This document shows positions 63,731 through 64,000 of a stretch of 64,000 nt of DNA, in pieces (within the stretch, counting starts at the first letter, position 1; every line of letters starts with the position of its first letter). The notes beneath the pieces are model-generated. The model did not search any database and was not told where the DNA came from. It was given only the letters and a program-made list of their open reading frames with translations. The position numbers and the translations under genes were made by a program. The stretch spans positions 6,979,367 to 7,043,366 of the forward strand of contig MU054220.1 in assembly GCA_013239625.1 (NCBI GenBank), read 5' to 3'. Source of the DNA: Lama guanicoe (Eukaryota).

Positions 63731-64000
63731 CGATAGATATCATATAATTTCAGAAGTAAATGAATGGTATTAAAATCTGTAATTTTCCCATGAATCAAGA
63801 TGAATTTGTTTTTTTCTTTAAAAAAAATTGAGCTTGGGGGCTCAATACAAATTTGAAATTAAATCAAACTAAAATTCTGTATAACTTAGTTTTTATGAAC
63901 AGAGTTAAAGATTAATTGACCATTCAGATATATTCTGGTCATATTTTAATGAGTTATCTTTCTAATTTTTTATTCTTAATGAAAATGCACATAGAGCAGG

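Overview
AT-rich, CpG-poor mammalian genomic DNA, most likely camelid: it carries four copies of a tRNA-derived SINE with the head GGGGAGGGTATAGCTCAGTGGTAGAG and young L1 3' ends of the type I recall from camelids. I found no recognisable protein-coding exon, RNA gene, CpG island or CRISPR array, so the window looks intronic or intergenic. It is dominated by interspersed repeats: young and old L1, many L2 and MIR, MaLR/ERVL/Gypsy-like LTRs, and hAT MER elements. Repeat-poor islands between them may be regulatory. Every recognisable ORF in the track is L1-derived or low-complexity. Family names are recalled from consensus sequences, not from a database search, and boundaries of old repeats are approximate. 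I cannot support a novel biological system here. The best observations are mechanistic footprints: a twin-primed L1 ORF2 insertion with an exact 12-bp TSD, a possible gene-conversion tract between two L1 copies, a possible L1 3' transduction, and a complex local tandem duplication.
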